Program-made: the position numbers and the translations under genes
Shown here: positions 1-9,458 of the stretch, piece by piece
How positions within the stretch are numbered: the first letter of the stretch is position 1
How the letters are laid out: every line of letters begins with the position of its first letter
Notes under the pieces: model-generated
What the model was told of the DNA's origin: nothing
Seen by the model: only the letters and a program-made list of their open reading frames with translations
Databases searched by the model: none
Assembly: GCA_031404115.1 (NCBI GenBank)
Contig: JANNGX010000129.1
Location: 1 to 45,245 of the forward strand
Direction of reading: 5' to 3'
Length of the DNA stretch: 45,245 nt
Source of the DNA: Gemmatimonadales bacterium
GTDB lineage: Bacteria > Gemmatimonadota > Gemmatimonadetes > Gemmatimonadales > GWC2-71-9

Positions 1-1
1 G

Positions 2-1540
2 AGCTCGGCGGGCCTGGTGACCGCGGCAGGCGCCGGGACCGCGACCATCACCGCCACCAGCGAGGGGAAGACCGGCACGGCGGCGATCTCCGTCGCGGAC
101 GGCGGACAGGTGACCGTGGGTGGCGGCGTGGTCGATGCCGCGGGCCTCCCGCAAACGATATCACATCAGCCAGGAGCGGTAATCGCGACTGAGGCGATCA
201 CCGTCACCGAGAAAGACTCCGCGCAGGCCTGTATTACGCGCGGCGACACCGGCGTGGTCGGTACCCACTACACCTTCGGACCCGCGGGCACCAGCTTCTC
301 GGCGCCGGTGACGGTGACGGTGAAGTACGACCCGGCCAAGAAGCCGGTCTGGGCGCTGCCGACCGACCTGGCGCTGTATCACTTCACCGGCGGCGCGTGG
401 GTGAAGCTCCCCAACCTGGTCGTGGATGCGGTAGCGGGCACGATTTCGGCCCAGACCACGTCGTTCAGCCCCTTCACGGTGGGCACCCGGTTGCCGCAGG
501 GCGTCCTCACGCCCACGATCGGCTCGGTGAATTTTATCCAGCGCTCGGTGACCTTCACTGCCTCGATCCCCGGGCATCCCACCACCGGACTCACCTATGC
601 CTGGACCGGGACTGGACGGAACGGGGTGATCAGCCCGCTGTTCGGCGCCGATGCCCAGTACACCATGACCCAGGCGCAGCTTCCCCCGGGAGACCTGGAC
701 CAGGTGCAAGTCATCATCCGGGGCAACATCGACCCGTCACAGCCGACCGTCCTGGTGCCGCTCGCCAGCGCCGAGGCCACCGTCAACGCGAACCTGCAGT
801 TCACGTACGAGGTCAATCCGGATGACAGCGAGCCGGATTTCAGCGCGACACAGACGCTCAGCGCGCTGATCCGCAACGCCGACGGCAGCATCTACACCAA
901 TCCCGCCAACCTGCCGGTGCTGATGGTATGGACCTCGAGCCAGTTTCACGGCGATCTGGACATTCATAGCCCGAATCACACGACCAATGTGAAACAAGGG
1001 GTCTATACCGCGAAATCCGCCACGCAATCGCGCCCGCTGCCCCCCCGCGTGGACGAGGTCACCGTCGATTTCTACGTGGGGTACATGAAGGACTACACGA
1101 CGACTCTGTCAGCCCTGGGCTTCACCAGGGTCAGAGTAGACAGCACCGTCGCCCGATTCGACGTCAAGAACGGCACGGCCAATGCCTTCCTCGAGGTGGC
1201 ACCGAAGACCCTCCTGGCCAACTTCATTGTGCGGACCATCCCGACTCCCGGCGGAGCCTGCAAGACGGCGGACGCCATCATCCCCAAGGTGGCCGGGGCC
1301 ACGTCCTACAATCTGACGGTGACCGGCATCGTCGGCTCGTCGCTCGGTACCACCATCAACAGGGTCATCACCGGCACAACCAACATCGGTAACATCATGG
1401 ATGTGTACGATGGCGGCGTGTTCTTCGGGGTGCCGCTGGATGGCGGGTGCAACACCATTCCGCAGTTCATTACCGCGCGGGAGAACACCTATCGGACCCA
1501 GTATGCCAATGCGAGCTTTGTGGTGAAGACGTCACCGTAG
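2..1540 (+). CDS. Secreted/surface protein with Ig-like (Big_2-type) repeat and ZU5-like domain, 5' partial
   Basis: Frame is open from the window edge (SSAGLVTAAGAGTATITATSEGKTGTAAISV, a typical Ig-like Big_2 end). It continues into YTFGPAGTSFSAPVTVTVKYDP...LALYHF...W...ISAQTTSFS (ZU5/UPA-like). Thr/Val-rich beta composition; TAG at 1538-1540. Confidence 0.7.
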   Translation, partial: SSAGLVTAAGAGTATITATSEGKTGTAAISVADGGQVTVGGGVVDAAGLPQTISHQPGAVIATEAITVTEKDSAQACITRGDTGVVGTHYTFGPAGTSFSAPVTVTVKYDPAKKPVWALPTDLALYHFTGGAWVKLPNLVVDAVAGTISAQTTSFSPFTVGTRLPQGVLTPTIGSVNFIQRSVTFTASIPGHPTTGLTYAWTGTGRNGVISPLFGADAQYTMTQAQLPPGDLDQVQVIIRGNIDPSQPTVLVPLASAEATVNANLQFTYEVNPDDSEPDFSATQTLSALIRNADGSIYTNPANLPVLMVWTSSQFHGDLDIHSPNHTTNVKQGVYTAKSATQSRPLPPRVDEVTVDFYVGYMKDYTTTLSALGFTRVRVDSTVARFDVKNGTANAFLEVAPKTLLANFIVRTIPTPGGACKTADAIIPKVAGATSYNLTVTGIVGSSLGTTINRVITGTTNIGNIMDVYDGGVFFGVPLDGGCNTIPQFITARENTYRTQYANASFVVKTSP

Positions 1541-1541
1541 T

Positions 1542-2354
1542 CTACAGGTCGAATCGCACCTCCACCCCGTAGTACCGGGACTTCTGGTTGTAGAACTGCC
1601 GCTGTGAGCTGAAGCCATCCAGCCAGGTCAGGAGGAGCGCAAAGCCCCTCCTGCCCTGCGGATCGGCAAACCGGAACCCCGCCCGGCCCGACCAGGTCAC
1701 CTTCCAGTCGGTGTATTCCTGCGCATCGGCATTCAGTGCCAGGATCGTCCGCGCCGAGCCGCCGAGCAGACCCCCGGGCTTGCCCTGGTAGTCGGCCGCC
1801 AGGGACAGGGCACCCCGGCCGACATCCGCGGCGTCGATCGCGGCGTAGGAAGCATTGGCGTGCAGCTTCACCAGCCCGGTCCGGTAACTGGCCCAGGCAC
1901 CCACGATCTCCCGGGACCAGTTGACCCGGGGGCCCGGGAAGCGGTCCCGGTACTCGTCGCCCAGGTGGCTGCTCTCATGGTAGGCCTCGAGCGCCAGCCG
2001 AAGCCGCCGAAAGTCGGCGGTGAGGATGGCGTTGACGTGCCAGTCGTTGCTGATGAGGGCGGAGGCCTGGTCTCCCAGGGAAAACCGGCCGTAAACCTCG
2101 ACGCCCAGGTGGAGGGTGAGGGGCACCCGGCCCCGGTGCACGGCCAGGATGGGCCAGAGCTCCCCGAGACCCGCCTCCGCCTCCGCCTCAGCGCCGAATT
2201 TCGACTCGCCCCGGCTGGCGTAGAAGACCCGGCCCACCATGGCGCTGGTCCGGGACGACGCAAGGGGGAACTCGAAGGGCGCGGCATCGTTGGGAAGCGG
2301 GATCGAGCGGGCCTGCGCGGCGGCCGGCGTGGCAACGGCCGTCGCCCATAACAT
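1542..2354 (-). CDS. DUF1207-like putative outer-membrane protein
   Basis: YHESSHLGDEY motif typical of DUF1207; signal-like MLWATAVATPAAAQ; barrel-like C-terminal strand YYGVEVRFDL. Start taken as ATG 2354 (GTG 2375 possible); the upstream part of the 1542..2948 ORF is shadow of the next gene. Confidence 0.7.
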   Translation of the reverse strand: MLWATAVATPAAAQARSIPLPNDAAPFEFPLASSRTSAMVGRVFYASRGESKFGAEAEAEAGLGELWPILAVHRGRVPLTLHLGVEVYGRFSLGDQASALISNDWHVNAILTADFRRLRLALEAYHESSHLGDEYRDRFPGPRVNWSREIVGAWASYRTGLVKLHANASYAAIDAADVGRGALSLAADYQGKPGGLLGGSARTILALNADAQEYTDWKVTWSGRAGFRFADPQGRRGFALLLTWLDGFSSQRQFYNQKSRYYGVEVRFDL

Positions 2355-2457
2355 TGTTAAAGCCAAATACCCCACGGTGTTGTAGCTCGTGAGGGTACGC
2401 CCTAACTTTCCCGGCGACGACTTCGGCCGCCGTCCCACGACTACGCAGGGAGCTCCC

Positions 2458-3492
2458 ATGCTGTCCGTTCTGCTGGTGTCCGCGCTGGCCTCCACCCCCG
2501 TCCGCGACTCCACGCCGGTCGCCCGGGTCCGGCTCGACGCCTCCCGCAAGGAGGTCGTCGTCTCGGCTGGTCCATTCTCGGTCAAGGCCATGCCCCCCGG
2601 CATGAAGCACGAAGAAATGGGCATGATGGAGGACCACAACACGCCGGTGATCCGGTTCGAGTGGCCGGTGGACGGCTCGTTCCGGGGCTTCGCCATCGCG
2701 ATCGTGGACAAGGACGGCAAGGCGGTCGACCGGAAAATGGTGCACCATCTGATCGCGATCAATTTCGATCGGCGCCAACTGCTGTACCCGATGTACGAGC
2801 GGATCTTCGGGATCGGCTCCGAAACCGAAGACGCCAGCATTCCGAAGTCGCTGGGGGTGCCCGTCACCGCCGGCACCAAAATGGGGATGTACCTGGCCTG
2901 GGCCAACGAGAGCGGCCAGGATGTGGAAGGCGCGCAGGTCGTGCTCACGCTCTCCTACAGCCCGACCAACCTGAACCCCCGTCCGCTCGCGGCCCTTCCA
3001 ATTTATATGGATGTCAACCTGACCGTGGGCAAGGGGAACGAGTACGATGTCCCGGTGGGCCGGAGCGAGAAGGCATGGGAGTTCACCCCGACGGTGGGCG
3101 GGCGGATCCTCGGCGTGAGCGGCCACATGCACGACTACGGCGTGGCGGTGCGGCTGGAAGACGTCGCGTCCGGCAAGGTGCTGACAACGGTCAACGCCAA
3201 GCGGAAGCCCGACGGCAAGGTGCTGAGCATGGAGCGGCGGCTGTTCGGCGTGGCCGGCGAGGGGCTCAAGCTGCGGGCGGGACGCAGGTACCGGGTGGTG
3301 GGCGTCTACGAGAACCTCTCCGGCGCGCTGATCAAGAATGGCGCGATGGCCCACATGGTGGGGCTGTACGTGCCGGACGACTTCAAGAAGTGGCCGGCAC
3401 TGGACCTGAGCGACGAAACGCTGCAGGACGACCTGGCGTATCTGGGCGAGATGGGGAACAAGGGACATAAACATCCCGGCGGCGACCGCTAG
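2458..3492 (+). CDS. Exported protein resembling copper type II (PHM/DBH-like) monooxygenase
   Basis: GGGAG RBS before ATG 2458; signal peptide MLSVLLVSALA; VHHL, SGHMH and GAMAHM motifs occur in the order of PHM copper ligands. Confidence 0.55.
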   Translation: MLSVLLVSALASTPVRDSTPVARVRLDASRKEVVVSAGPFSVKAMPPGMKHEEMGMMEDHNTPVIRFEWPVDGSFRGFAIAIVDKDGKAVDRKMVHHLIAINFDRRQLLYPMYERIFGIGSETEDASIPKSLGVPVTAGTKMGMYLAWANESGQDVEGAQVVLTLSYSPTNLNPRPLAALPIYMDVNLTVGKGNEYDVPVGRSEKAWEFTPTVGGRILGVSGHMHDYGVAVRLEDVASGKVLTTVNAKRKPDGKVLSMERRLFGVAGEGLKLRAGRRYRVVGVYENLSGALIKNGAMAHMVGLYVPDDFKKWPALDLSDETLQDDLAYLGEMGNKGHKHPGGDR

Positions 3493-3567
3493 CTCCGCAG
3501 CTGGCGCCGCGGGCGCACCCTTGGCGCCTGAACGGGATGTCCCACCCCGAGCACGCCGAGAGCCCTG

Positions 3568-4527
3568 CTACAGGATTCGCCGCGCCCCTACCCACCGCGC
3601 GAACCACCACTTCCCCACCGGATCCGACGCACTCAGCGCGCTGATCTGCACCCCGCCCTGCGCGCTGTGGATGAACTGCCCATCTCCGACGTAGAGCCCC
3701 ACGTGCGTCACCGCGCCGGCCCCCGGCTGTTCCGCGAAGGTCAGGATATCTCCCGGTGCAAGCTGTTCCAGGGCGCGCCCCACCTCGCTGCCGGTGCGTG
3801 CCTGGTCGACCGCCATGCGGGGCAGCGTGACCCCGTGCTGTGCGTAGGCGTAGCGAATCAGCCCGGAGCAATCGAAGCCCGAGGCGTCGGTGCCGCCCCA
3901 CCGGTAGGGCGTTCCCATAACCGTGAGCGCAGTGGCGACGATCTCCGCCGCCGCGGCGTTGCTCTTCCGCGCCGCGGTGGCCAGGCGGATCGCCTCCTCG
4001 TCGGACGGATTGGCGCTGGGAATGTCGCTCGCGGGGGTTGGCGTCCCGGGTGGACGATGGCCGAACGGCGTGCCCAGCCGAACGCCGAGCGACACGCCGG
4101 AGAGCTTCACGCTGCTCCGCCACTGATACAGCGCCTCGGCCTGCAGGGCGACCGGCCCGACCGTGACGATCTCCACCCCCACACCGCCCCAGACTCCGAG
4201 GCCCGGCTCTTCGCCGCCGCCGGTCGGGCCGCGCCCCGCGCCGACCGCGCCTCCGACGAGGAGGTAGGGCTGCGCCGACGCCAGGGGCCGCAGGATCACG
4301 TCGCCCCCCGCGCCATACCAGTGCGCCTTGCTGATGCCCGATTGCTTCACGTACTGCGCCGAGTAGACCAGCCGCACCGGCCCCAGGCCGAAGCCACCGA
4401 TGCCGACGCGATACTCGGAGGTATGGGGCGAGTTGAGCCAGCGCGACGCGCCGACCGTGATGCTCTGCGCCGCGAGCATTCCGGGAAGCGCCAGGAGGCC
4501 GAGCCCCGCGGCGAGCGGTCGCCTCAT
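3568..4527 (-). CDS. NlpC/P60 (C40) peptidase with N-terminal beta-barrel-like domain
   Basis: GTPYRWGG...FDCSGL...PGDILTF...HVGLYVGDGQFIHS catalytic Cys-His-His; signal peptide MRRPLAAGLGLLALPGMLAA; ATG 4527 overlaps the upstream stop (ATGA). Confidence 0.88.
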   Translation of the reverse strand: MRRPLAAGLGLLALPGMLAAQSITVGASRWLNSPHTSEYRVGIGGFGLGPVRLVYSAQYVKQSGISKAHWYGAGGDVILRPLASAQPYLLVGGAVGAGRGPTGGGEEPGLGVWGGVGVEIVTVGPVALQAEALYQWRSSVKLSGVSLGVRLGTPFGHRPPGTPTPASDIPSANPSDEEAIRLATAARKSNAAAAEIVATALTVMGTPYRWGGTDASGFDCSGLIRYAYAQHGVTLPRMAVDQARTGSEVGRALEQLAPGDILTFAEQPGAGAVTHVGLYVGDGQFIHSAQGGVQISALSASDPVGKWWFARWVGARRIL

Positions 4528-4919
4528 GGATTGAGCCGGTGCGGCAGGCCGTCGCGGATGCCGACCTTGTAGACCGCCGACGGGCGGCAATCGCGATACA
4601 GCTCGGCCCTGATGGTGCTGTCGTCGAGCCGGGTTGGTATCGCCCCGGTGAACAGCAGCGGCACCTTGAGCCTGACGCTGTCACGCCGGATCTCCACGCT
4701 CCGCTCCAGACATGGGGTGCCGGCGGAATCCCGGGCCCGGCGCGCTTCCGCGAGCCACACGGTTGCGCCACCCGGCAGCGCGAGTACCAGTGAATCGGTG
4801 AGTGGCGGAGGGCCTTCATCCAGCGCGGGCAGCGCGTCGGGCGCAGGTTCCCCGCGAGCGCCGCACGCGGCCACCAGTACCAGGGCCGCCCCGGCGAGTC
4901 GCAGAGTCTTCCAGGTCAT
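4524..4919 (-). CDS. Hypothetical lipoprotein
   Basis: MTWKTLRLAGAALVLVAAC lipobox; ATGA overlaps with both neighbours. Confidence 0.7.
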   Translation of the reverse strand: MTWKTLRLAGAALVLVAACGARGEPAPDALPALDEGPPPLTDSLVLALPGGATVWLAEARRARDSAGTPCLERSVEIRRDSVRLKVPLLFTGAIPTRLDDSTIRAELYRDCRPSAVYKVGIRDGLPHRLNP

Positions 4920-5206
4920 TTCGTGATGTCGGGAGCTTTGTGCTCGAGTGCGATGAGCGGGGTACCGTCGGGAGCCACAGCCAGGGTTTCCTGCAGCCTC
5001 GGGCTCCGGCGCAGGAAGCGGAGCCAGCCCCAGGCTCCGATCAGCGCCGTGACGGCGCCACATACCACCGTCACCCAGAGCGTGGTCATGGGATTGGTGG
5101 CACCGCCGGCCGCCGCGGCGCCGATCCAGGCCCCCACAAACGACGCTGCCCACGCCACCAGCGGCGTGAGCAACCAGCCCAGTATCCGGAAGAGCGCGTG
5201 GACCAC
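4916..5206 (-). CDS. Small hypothetical membrane protein (2 TM)
   Basis: Two hydrophobic segments; GGAG RBS before GTG 5206; stop overlaps the next ATG. Confidence 0.7.
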   Translation of the reverse strand: MVHALFRILGWLLTPLVAWAASFVGAWIGAAAAGGATNPMTTLWVTVVCGAVTALIGAWGWLRFLRRSPRLQETLAVAPDGTPLIALEHKAPDITK

Positions 5207-5215
5207 CGGCGCTCC

Positions 5216-5845
5216 CTAACGGCGCTTGACGCCGAACGAGCTGATCAGCGTGTAGAGCGCCAGCGCCGGGAGCACGGCGACGGCAAAGCTGCCGAGATTC
5301 CACCCGGCACGGGGCACGCCGATGACCACGGCGATGGCGAGGACCCCCAGTCCGAGTACGAACGTGCCGATGACCAGCAGGGCCGGGCTCGCCGCGCCGG
5401 ACTTGGCCGCCTGGTTGGCCTGAATCCAGGCGCCCATCCAGCAGACGTAGGTGCATACCATCCACCAGACCGGGTGATACCACCAATTGCTGCCGCCACC
5501 GATCTCCAGCCAGCGATTGGTGTACAGACCGAGCGGCTGCAATAGCGCCACGTCTACCACGAGGAAGACAAAGACCGAGGCGAGCCCGATACCCGCGGCT
5601 CCGGCAATGCCCTCGATGGTCCGGGCCCGGGTCCACAGGCCCGGCAGAACGATCAGCGCCCCGAGGCCGATCAGCAGGATGATCCCGCAGACCACCAGCT
5701 CGATGGGGCCCTCGAGGCGCACCTGAAGAAACCCGAAGATGGCGACGAGCACCGAGTAAAACAGGCCGAGCATCAGCCCGCCCCGCAGCACGGTGGGGAG
5801 GTCGGTCTGATCTCGGGAGGCGTTCATCGAAAGCGCCGACGTCAT
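5216..5845 (-). CDS. Hypothetical integral membrane protein (about 6 TM)
   Basis: Multiple hydrophobic helices with polar loop YTNRWLEIGGGSNWWYHPVWW; ATG 5845 preceded by GGAG (ATG 5827 is an alternative). Confidence 0.75.
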   Translation of the reverse strand: MTSALSMNASRDQTDLPTVLRGGLMLGLFYSVLVAIFGFLQVRLEGPIELVVCGIILLIGLGALIVLPGLWTRARTIEGIAGAAGIGLASVFVFLVVDVALLQPLGLYTNRWLEIGGGSNWWYHPVWWMVCTYVCWMGAWIQANQAAKSGAASPALLVIGTFVLGLGVLAIAVVIGVPRAGWNLGSFAVAVLPALALYTLISSFGVKRR

Positions 5846-5919
5846 GCCAGCTCCAGGGCGTGCAGGGTGCCGGAAAGGTAGCCCGGCCCCAGGGCGTGGG
5901 CCAAGACCGCGCGGCTCAT
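5842..5919 (-). CDS. Putative 25-aa small ORF MSRAVLAHALGPGYLSGTLHALELA
   Basis: Fills the ubiA-to-membrane-gene gap exactly, with ATGA overlaps at 5916-5919 and 5842-5845. Confidence 0.45.
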   Translation of the reverse strand: MSRAVLAHALGPGYLSGTLHALELA

Positions 5920-6836
5920 CGCGCCCAGGCGAAAAGGACCGCCATGTCGGTGATGGCCCAGGCGGCCAGCGCCCGGTGCATGCCCGCCTGGTGGGCGGCG
6001 GGATCGAGCGCTCTCCGCCCGCGCCACCAGGGCAGCAGGACGACGGCCCATGCACCCGCCGCCGCGACGAGGGCGGCCCAGCGGGAGATTCCGTTCATCC
6101 CGCCGCCCCACCCGCTGGCGGCGCCCGCGAGTGAGAGCCCGAGGAAGGCGAGCCCGGCCATCCCGATTGCCAGCGCGAGACTCCGATCGAGCCCCAGCGC
6201 CGAGGCGAGGGTACGGTCTCCCCGGCGACGGTCTTCCTCCAGCTGATAAATCTGGGTCAGCGGATAGAGCGAGCCGAAGAGGACCGCAAAGGAAATCAGA
6301 ACCGTTCGGCCCGGTCCGGCCACCTCACGGCCGGTGAGGGCCCAGCCGGCGTACGGGGTGAGCAGCCCGAATCCAACCATGTTGACCAGCCAGTCGACGC
6401 CGGGAATGGCCTTGAGGCGGACCGGCGGCACCGAGTAGAGCACCGACATCACCGCGCAGAGTCCGTACGCATAGAGGAACAGCCGGGGCAGCCGGAACGC
6501 CACCACCAGTCCCAGCGCCATGAGCAGGAGACCGAACCAGGCCAGCCCGGGTGGCGGCGGGGGGGGACGCTTGAGATAGGCCACATCCCCTTCATCGCGA
6601 TCGAAGGCGGAGTTGAGCGCCAGGGTGCCGCCGTTGAGTCCCACCACGAACGCGAGCGCTCCGAGCAGCGGCGTCGTCCCGGCCTGACCGGAGACCAGCC
6701 CCGCCAGTCCGAGGCTCAGCGCGCTCCCGGTGAGCAGGTGCACGAACATGATGGGCCATTCGGCGGGACGGAGATGCAGCAGGTAGTCGAAGCCCCGGCC
6801 CAGCAGCCGGTATCCCCACGCGCGTCGATCGGTCAC
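5916..6836 (-). CDS. UbiA family prenyltransferase
   Basis: NSAFDRDEGD first Asp-rich motif, YSVPPVRLK, second motif QIYQLEEDRRRGDRT, many TM helices. Confidence 0.85.
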   Translation of the reverse strand: MTDRRAWGYRLLGRGFDYLLHLRPAEWPIMFVHLLTGSALSLGLAGLVSGQAGTTPLLGALAFVVGLNGGTLALNSAFDRDEGDVAYLKRPPPPPPGLAWFGLLLMALGLVVAFRLPRLFLYAYGLCAVMSVLYSVPPVRLKAIPGVDWLVNMVGFGLLTPYAGWALTGREVAGPGRTVLISFAVLFGSLYPLTQIYQLEEDRRRGDRTLASALGLDRSLALAIGMAGLAFLGLSLAGAASGWGGGMNGISRWAALVAAAGAWAVVLLPWWRGRRALDPAAHQAGMHRALAAWAITDMAVLFAWAR

Positions 6837-7549
6837 GCCCGCCCCGCGAGCTGCACCGGCGCCATGATCTCCGAGACGACTCCCGCGGCGCTGCGGACCC
6901 GAAGTCGCCCGCGCGCGGTAATTCCTTCGGCGATCCCCGGCTCCGGCAGTGACACCGCCCGGCCCCGGAGCCAGTCGCGTGATTCGAACGCCGCCACTTC
7001 GGCTGCGGAGAGCGGGGCCGCATTCCGGGCCGCCTCCGCCACCGCCCGGGCAACCGGCGCGGCGAGCGAGGCGGCATCGGCACTGACGCCCGCATCGGCG
7101 AGCCGCGTCGCGGCGGCAGCGAGCGCGGGCGGAATGTCATTCTGCAGGTTGATCCCGACGCCGATCACCATCCAGCCCAGGACGTCTCCCTGCCACCGCG
7201 CCTCGGTGAGGATGCCGCCGAGCTTCCTGTCGCGGAGGATGAGGTCGTTGGGCCACTTGAGCGCGATGCGATCCGGCGGGGAGAGGAGCCGGTCGAGCAG
7301 GCCCGCCAGGTCGAGCCCGACGCGAAGGCCGACGACCTCGCTCGCGGCACCCGCACCGGGCCGGCACACCACCGAGAGCCAGAGGCCGCCCGTCCCCGAT
7401 ACCCAGGTCTGGCCGCGGGTGCCCCGGCCGCCGGTCTGCACCCGCGCCGCGACCGCCGTACCGTGGGGCGAGCCGGCCGCGGCGAGGCGATGGGCCTCAT
7501 CCTGGGTGGAGGCCACCGCGTCGTGCCAGAGAAGCGGCGCGGCGGTCAC
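6833..7549 (-). CDS. birA: Biotin--[acetyl-CoA carboxylase] ligase without HTH (class I)
   Basis: STQD, QTGGRGTRGQTW, KWPND, KLGGIL and GVGINL motifs; GTG 7549 overlaps the uppP stop. Confidence 0.9.
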   Translation of the reverse strand: MTAAPLLWHDAVASTQDEAHRLAAAGSPHGTAVAARVQTGGRGTRGQTWVSGTGGLWLSVVCRPGAGAASEVVGLRVGLDLAGLLDRLLSPPDRIALKWPNDLILRDRKLGGILTEARWQGDVLGWMVIGVGINLQNDIPPALAAAATRLADAGVSADAASLAAPVARAVAEAARNAAPLSAAEVAAFESRDWLRGRAVSLPEPGIAEGITARGRLRVRSAAGVVSEIMAPVQLAGRA

Positions 7550-8340
7550 TTGCCCAGGAGTCCGAACCACACCAGGCAGATCACCCCGAGCACGGCGCAA
7601 TAGGGAGCGAAGAGATGGAACTTCTTGTGCTTGAGCAGCCCGACCAGGAACCGGATCGCGATGAGGCCGGAGACCGCGGCGGCAACGAAAGCCCAGAGCA
7701 GGCCGATCGACAGGCCCTGCTCGCCCGGCGGGATGTGCCGGGCCTCGAGCAATCCGGAGCCGGCGATCACGATGATGGACATCAGGAAGGAAAATTCGGC
7801 CGCGGCCTCAGCCTGGAGGCCGCTCCAGAGCGCGGCGCCGATGGTGGTGCCGGAACGGGAAATCGCGGGCACGATGGCGATGGCCTGGCCGATGCCGATC
7901 ACCATGGCCTGAACCAGCGTCACCTGCGTGCCGGTGGCCCGAGGGAGCGCGTACTTGGTGCTCCACAGCACCGCGGCAGTGAAGAGAAACTGCCAGCCCA
8001 GCGCGGACATCGAGTGGAAGGAGGCCTCGAAGTGGTCCTTGAGCGCGATGCCCGCGACGGCCGCGGGGATCGATGCGATGAGCAGCAGCCCGGCATAGCG
8101 CCAGGCCTCGGACTGGCCGGACAGAAGCCCCTTGAGCAGCTCGATGATGCGTCGCCAGTACGCCACCACCACCGAGAGCAGGGTGGCCACGTGCACCGCC
8201 ACCTCGAAGAACACACCCGGCGGTGTGTAGCCGACGATGTGTTCCGCGAGCACCAGGTGGCCCGAGCTCGAGACCGGGAGGAACTCGGTGAGACCCTGCA
8301 CCAGCCCCAGGATCAGCCCCTGCCACCAGGTAAGAATCAT
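7546..8340 (-). CDS. uppP: Undecaprenyl-diphosphate phosphatase
   Basis: QGLTEFLPVSSSGH, PAISRSGTT and AAEFSFL motifs. Confidence 0.95.
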   Translation of the reverse strand: MILTWWQGLILGLVQGLTEFLPVSSSGHLVLAEHIVGYTPPGVFFEVAVHVATLLSVVVAYWRRIIELLKGLLSGQSEAWRYAGLLLIASIPAAVAGIALKDHFEASFHSMSALGWQFLFTAAVLWSTKYALPRATGTQVTLVQAMVIGIGQAIAIVPAISRSGTTIGAALWSGLQAEAAAEFSFLMSIIVIAGSGLLEARHIPPGEQGLSIGLLWAFVAAAVSGLIAIRFLVGLLKHKKFHLFAPYCAVLGVICLVWFGLLGK

Positions 8341-9458
8341 CCGATCACTTCGCGATAGAGCGATTCATACATCGGCACAATCCGGTCGGCGTCGAAGAGC
8401 AGCGCCCGCTCGACCGCGGCCCGGGACATCGCGGCGTGGCGGGAGGGGTCCCGCAGCAGCTCCACCGCGCGGCGGCCCATGGCCTCGACGGAGCCCGCCG
8501 GCTCGAGGATGCCGCTCACCCCGTCTTCGACGACTTCGGGAAGCCCGCCGGCGCGGCTGCCAACCACCGGGGCGCCACAGGCCATCGCTTCGAGCGCGGC
8601 GAGGCCGAACGACTCGCTCTGGGTGGGGAGCACGAAGAGATCGGATTGCTGGAGCAGCCCCGCCACCGGGTCGAGCCGGCCCAGGAAGCGCACGTCGGTG
8701 GCGACATTGAGATCGCGGGCCTCCTTTTCGGCGTCGTCCCGCTCCGGGCCGTCGCCGATCATCAGCAGCGTAGCGGGCATGGCCTTCCGGATCCGCGCGA
8801 AGACCCGCACCACGTCCTTGACCCGCTTCACTTCGCGGAAGTTCGAGATGTGGGTGACCAGCTTGTGGTCCGGCGGACAGAGCCCGTCCTTGCTGCGCGT
8901 TTCGGCGGGGCGGTACTCGCCCAGATTCACGAAGTTGGGAATGACGCCGATCCGGCACTGCACGCACCCGAAGGTGCGGATCGTTTCGTCCTTGAGAAAC
9001 GCCGACACCGCGGTGACCGCGTCGGAGCGCTCGATCGAGAACTTGGTGATGGCGTAGAAGCTCTGCTCCTGGCCCACCAGCGTGATGTCGGTGCCGTGGA
9101 GCGTGGTGATCACCTTCACCTTGTGCTTGGGCGGCAGCATTTCCCGCGCGAGCCAGGCCGTGGTGGCGTGGGGGATCGCGTAGTGCACGTGGAGCACGTC
9201 CAGCCCGACCGCCAGCGCCACCTCGTGCTGCTTGGAGGCCAGCGCGAGGGTATAGGGGAAATGCTCGAACAGCGGGTAGCGAGCCGAGGTGTCCACTTCA
9301 TGGAAGTAGACCCGCTCGGTGTACCCGCGGAGCCGGAACGGCATCGCGTAGGTAATGAAATGGACTTCATGACCCCGCCGCGCCAGGTCCAGGCCGAGCT
9401 CGGTAGCCAGGGCGCCGGAGCCGCCATAGGTGGGGTAGCAGGTGATGCCGATTTTCAT
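8337..9458 (-). CDS. bshA: N-acetyl-alpha-D-glucosaminyl L-malate synthase (GT4)
   Basis: MKIGITCYPTYGGSG, HVHYAIPHA, TTLHGTDITLVG, SNFREVKR and ESFGLAALEAMACG; ATG 9458 overlaps the miaA stop. Confidence 0.93.
   Translation of the reverse strand: MKIGITCYPTYGGSGALATELGLDLARRGHEVHFITYAMPFRLRGYTERVYFHEVDTSARYPLFEHFPYTLALASKQHEVALAVGLDVLHVHYAIPHATTAWLAREMLPPKHKVKVITTLHGTDITLVGQEQSFYAITKFSIERSDAVTAVSAFLKDETIRTFGCVQCRIGVIPNFVNLGEYRPAETRSKDGLCPPDHKLVTHISNFREVKRVKDVVRVFARIRKAMPATLLMIGDGPERDDAEKEARDLNVATDVRFLGRLDPVAGLLQQSDLFVLPTQSESFGLAALEAMACGAPVVGSRAGGLPEVVEDGVSGILEPAGSVEAMGRRAVELLRDPSRHAAMSRAAVERALLFDADRIVPMYESLYREVIG

Noticed and set aside
440-480. Autoproteolytic HFS site in the ZU5-like protein
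   Set aside because: The sequence reads TSFS and lacks the His, so self-cleavage is unsupported.
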